Source of the DNA: Eledone cirrhosa | Lineage: Eukaryota | DNA length: 64,000 nt | Reading direction: 5' to 3' | Assembly (NCBI GenBank): GCA_964016885.1 | Contig: OZ024740.1 | Span: 434,806,001-434,870,000 of the forward strand | Shown: positions 63,607-64,000 of the stretch, in pieces | Numbering within the stretch: the stretch's first letter is position 1 | Layout of the letters: each line of letters starts with the position of its first letter | The notes under the pieces: generated by a model | Told to the model about the DNA's origin: nothing | Databases searched by the model: none | The model's input: the letters and a program-made list of their open reading frames with translations, nothing else | Translations under genes and position numbers: made by a program

Positions 63607-64000
63607 TACACCACTGAAGGGTGGGGAGTGCGATCTAGTTTCCCCTTACACCACTGCAGGGCGGGGAGTGTCATCTAGTGTCCCCTTACACCACTGAAGG
63701 GTGGGGAGTGCCATCTAGTGTCCCCTTACACCACTGTAGGATGGGGAGTGTCATCTAGTGTCCCCTTACACCACTGTAGGGTGGGGAGTGTCATCTAGTG
63801 TCCCCTTACACCACTGTAGGATGGGGAGTGTCATCTAGTGTCCCCTTACACCACTGTAGTGTGGGGAGTGTCATCTAGTGTCCCCTTACACCACTGTAGG
63901 GTGGGGAGTGTCATCTAGTGTCCCCTTACACCACTGTAGGGTGGGGAGTGTCATCTAGTGCCCCCTTACACCACTGTAGGGTGGGGAGTGTCATCTAGTG
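63607..64000. repeat. 40-bp tandem repeat, at least 10 copies, runs off the window
   Basis: TCCCCTTACACCACTGTAGGGTGGGGAGTGTCATCTAGTG. Confidence 0.97.

Overview
AT-rich, repeat-dense eukaryotic genomic DNA, most likely an octopus-type cephalopod (inferred from tRNA/CORE-type SINEs with RTE-derived (GAT)n tails, RTE LINEs and very long (TA)n tracts; not proven). The main gene is the 3' part of ASPM/abnormal spindle on the + strand. I could reconstruct 12 phase-compatible GT-AG exons (13141-42104, about 2230 codons) encoding the end of CH2, about 33 IQ-like motifs and the C-terminal ARM/HEAT-like region. One of them is a 3099-bp symmetric exon encoding a 1033-aa acidic insert with two frame-preserving coding tandem arrays. 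The first 13 kb is a (TA)n-rich stack containing: two full-length convergent RTE LINEs, each with a PHD-like finger inside the RT region (one intact, one with an in-frame deletion through YADD); several SINEs; and a near-perfect 395-bp palindrome whose arms each carry a minimal type I hammerhead-ribozyme motif and an AATAAA (Penelope pLTR-like). Introns and downstream DNA hold piggyBac-type and mariner-type MITEs, a Helitron, an L1/Tx1 fragment and many minisatellites, several built from TE ends. The terminal exon of an unidentified convergent gene lies at 62518-62838 (-). There are no CRISPR arrays or genuine tRNA/rRNA genes.
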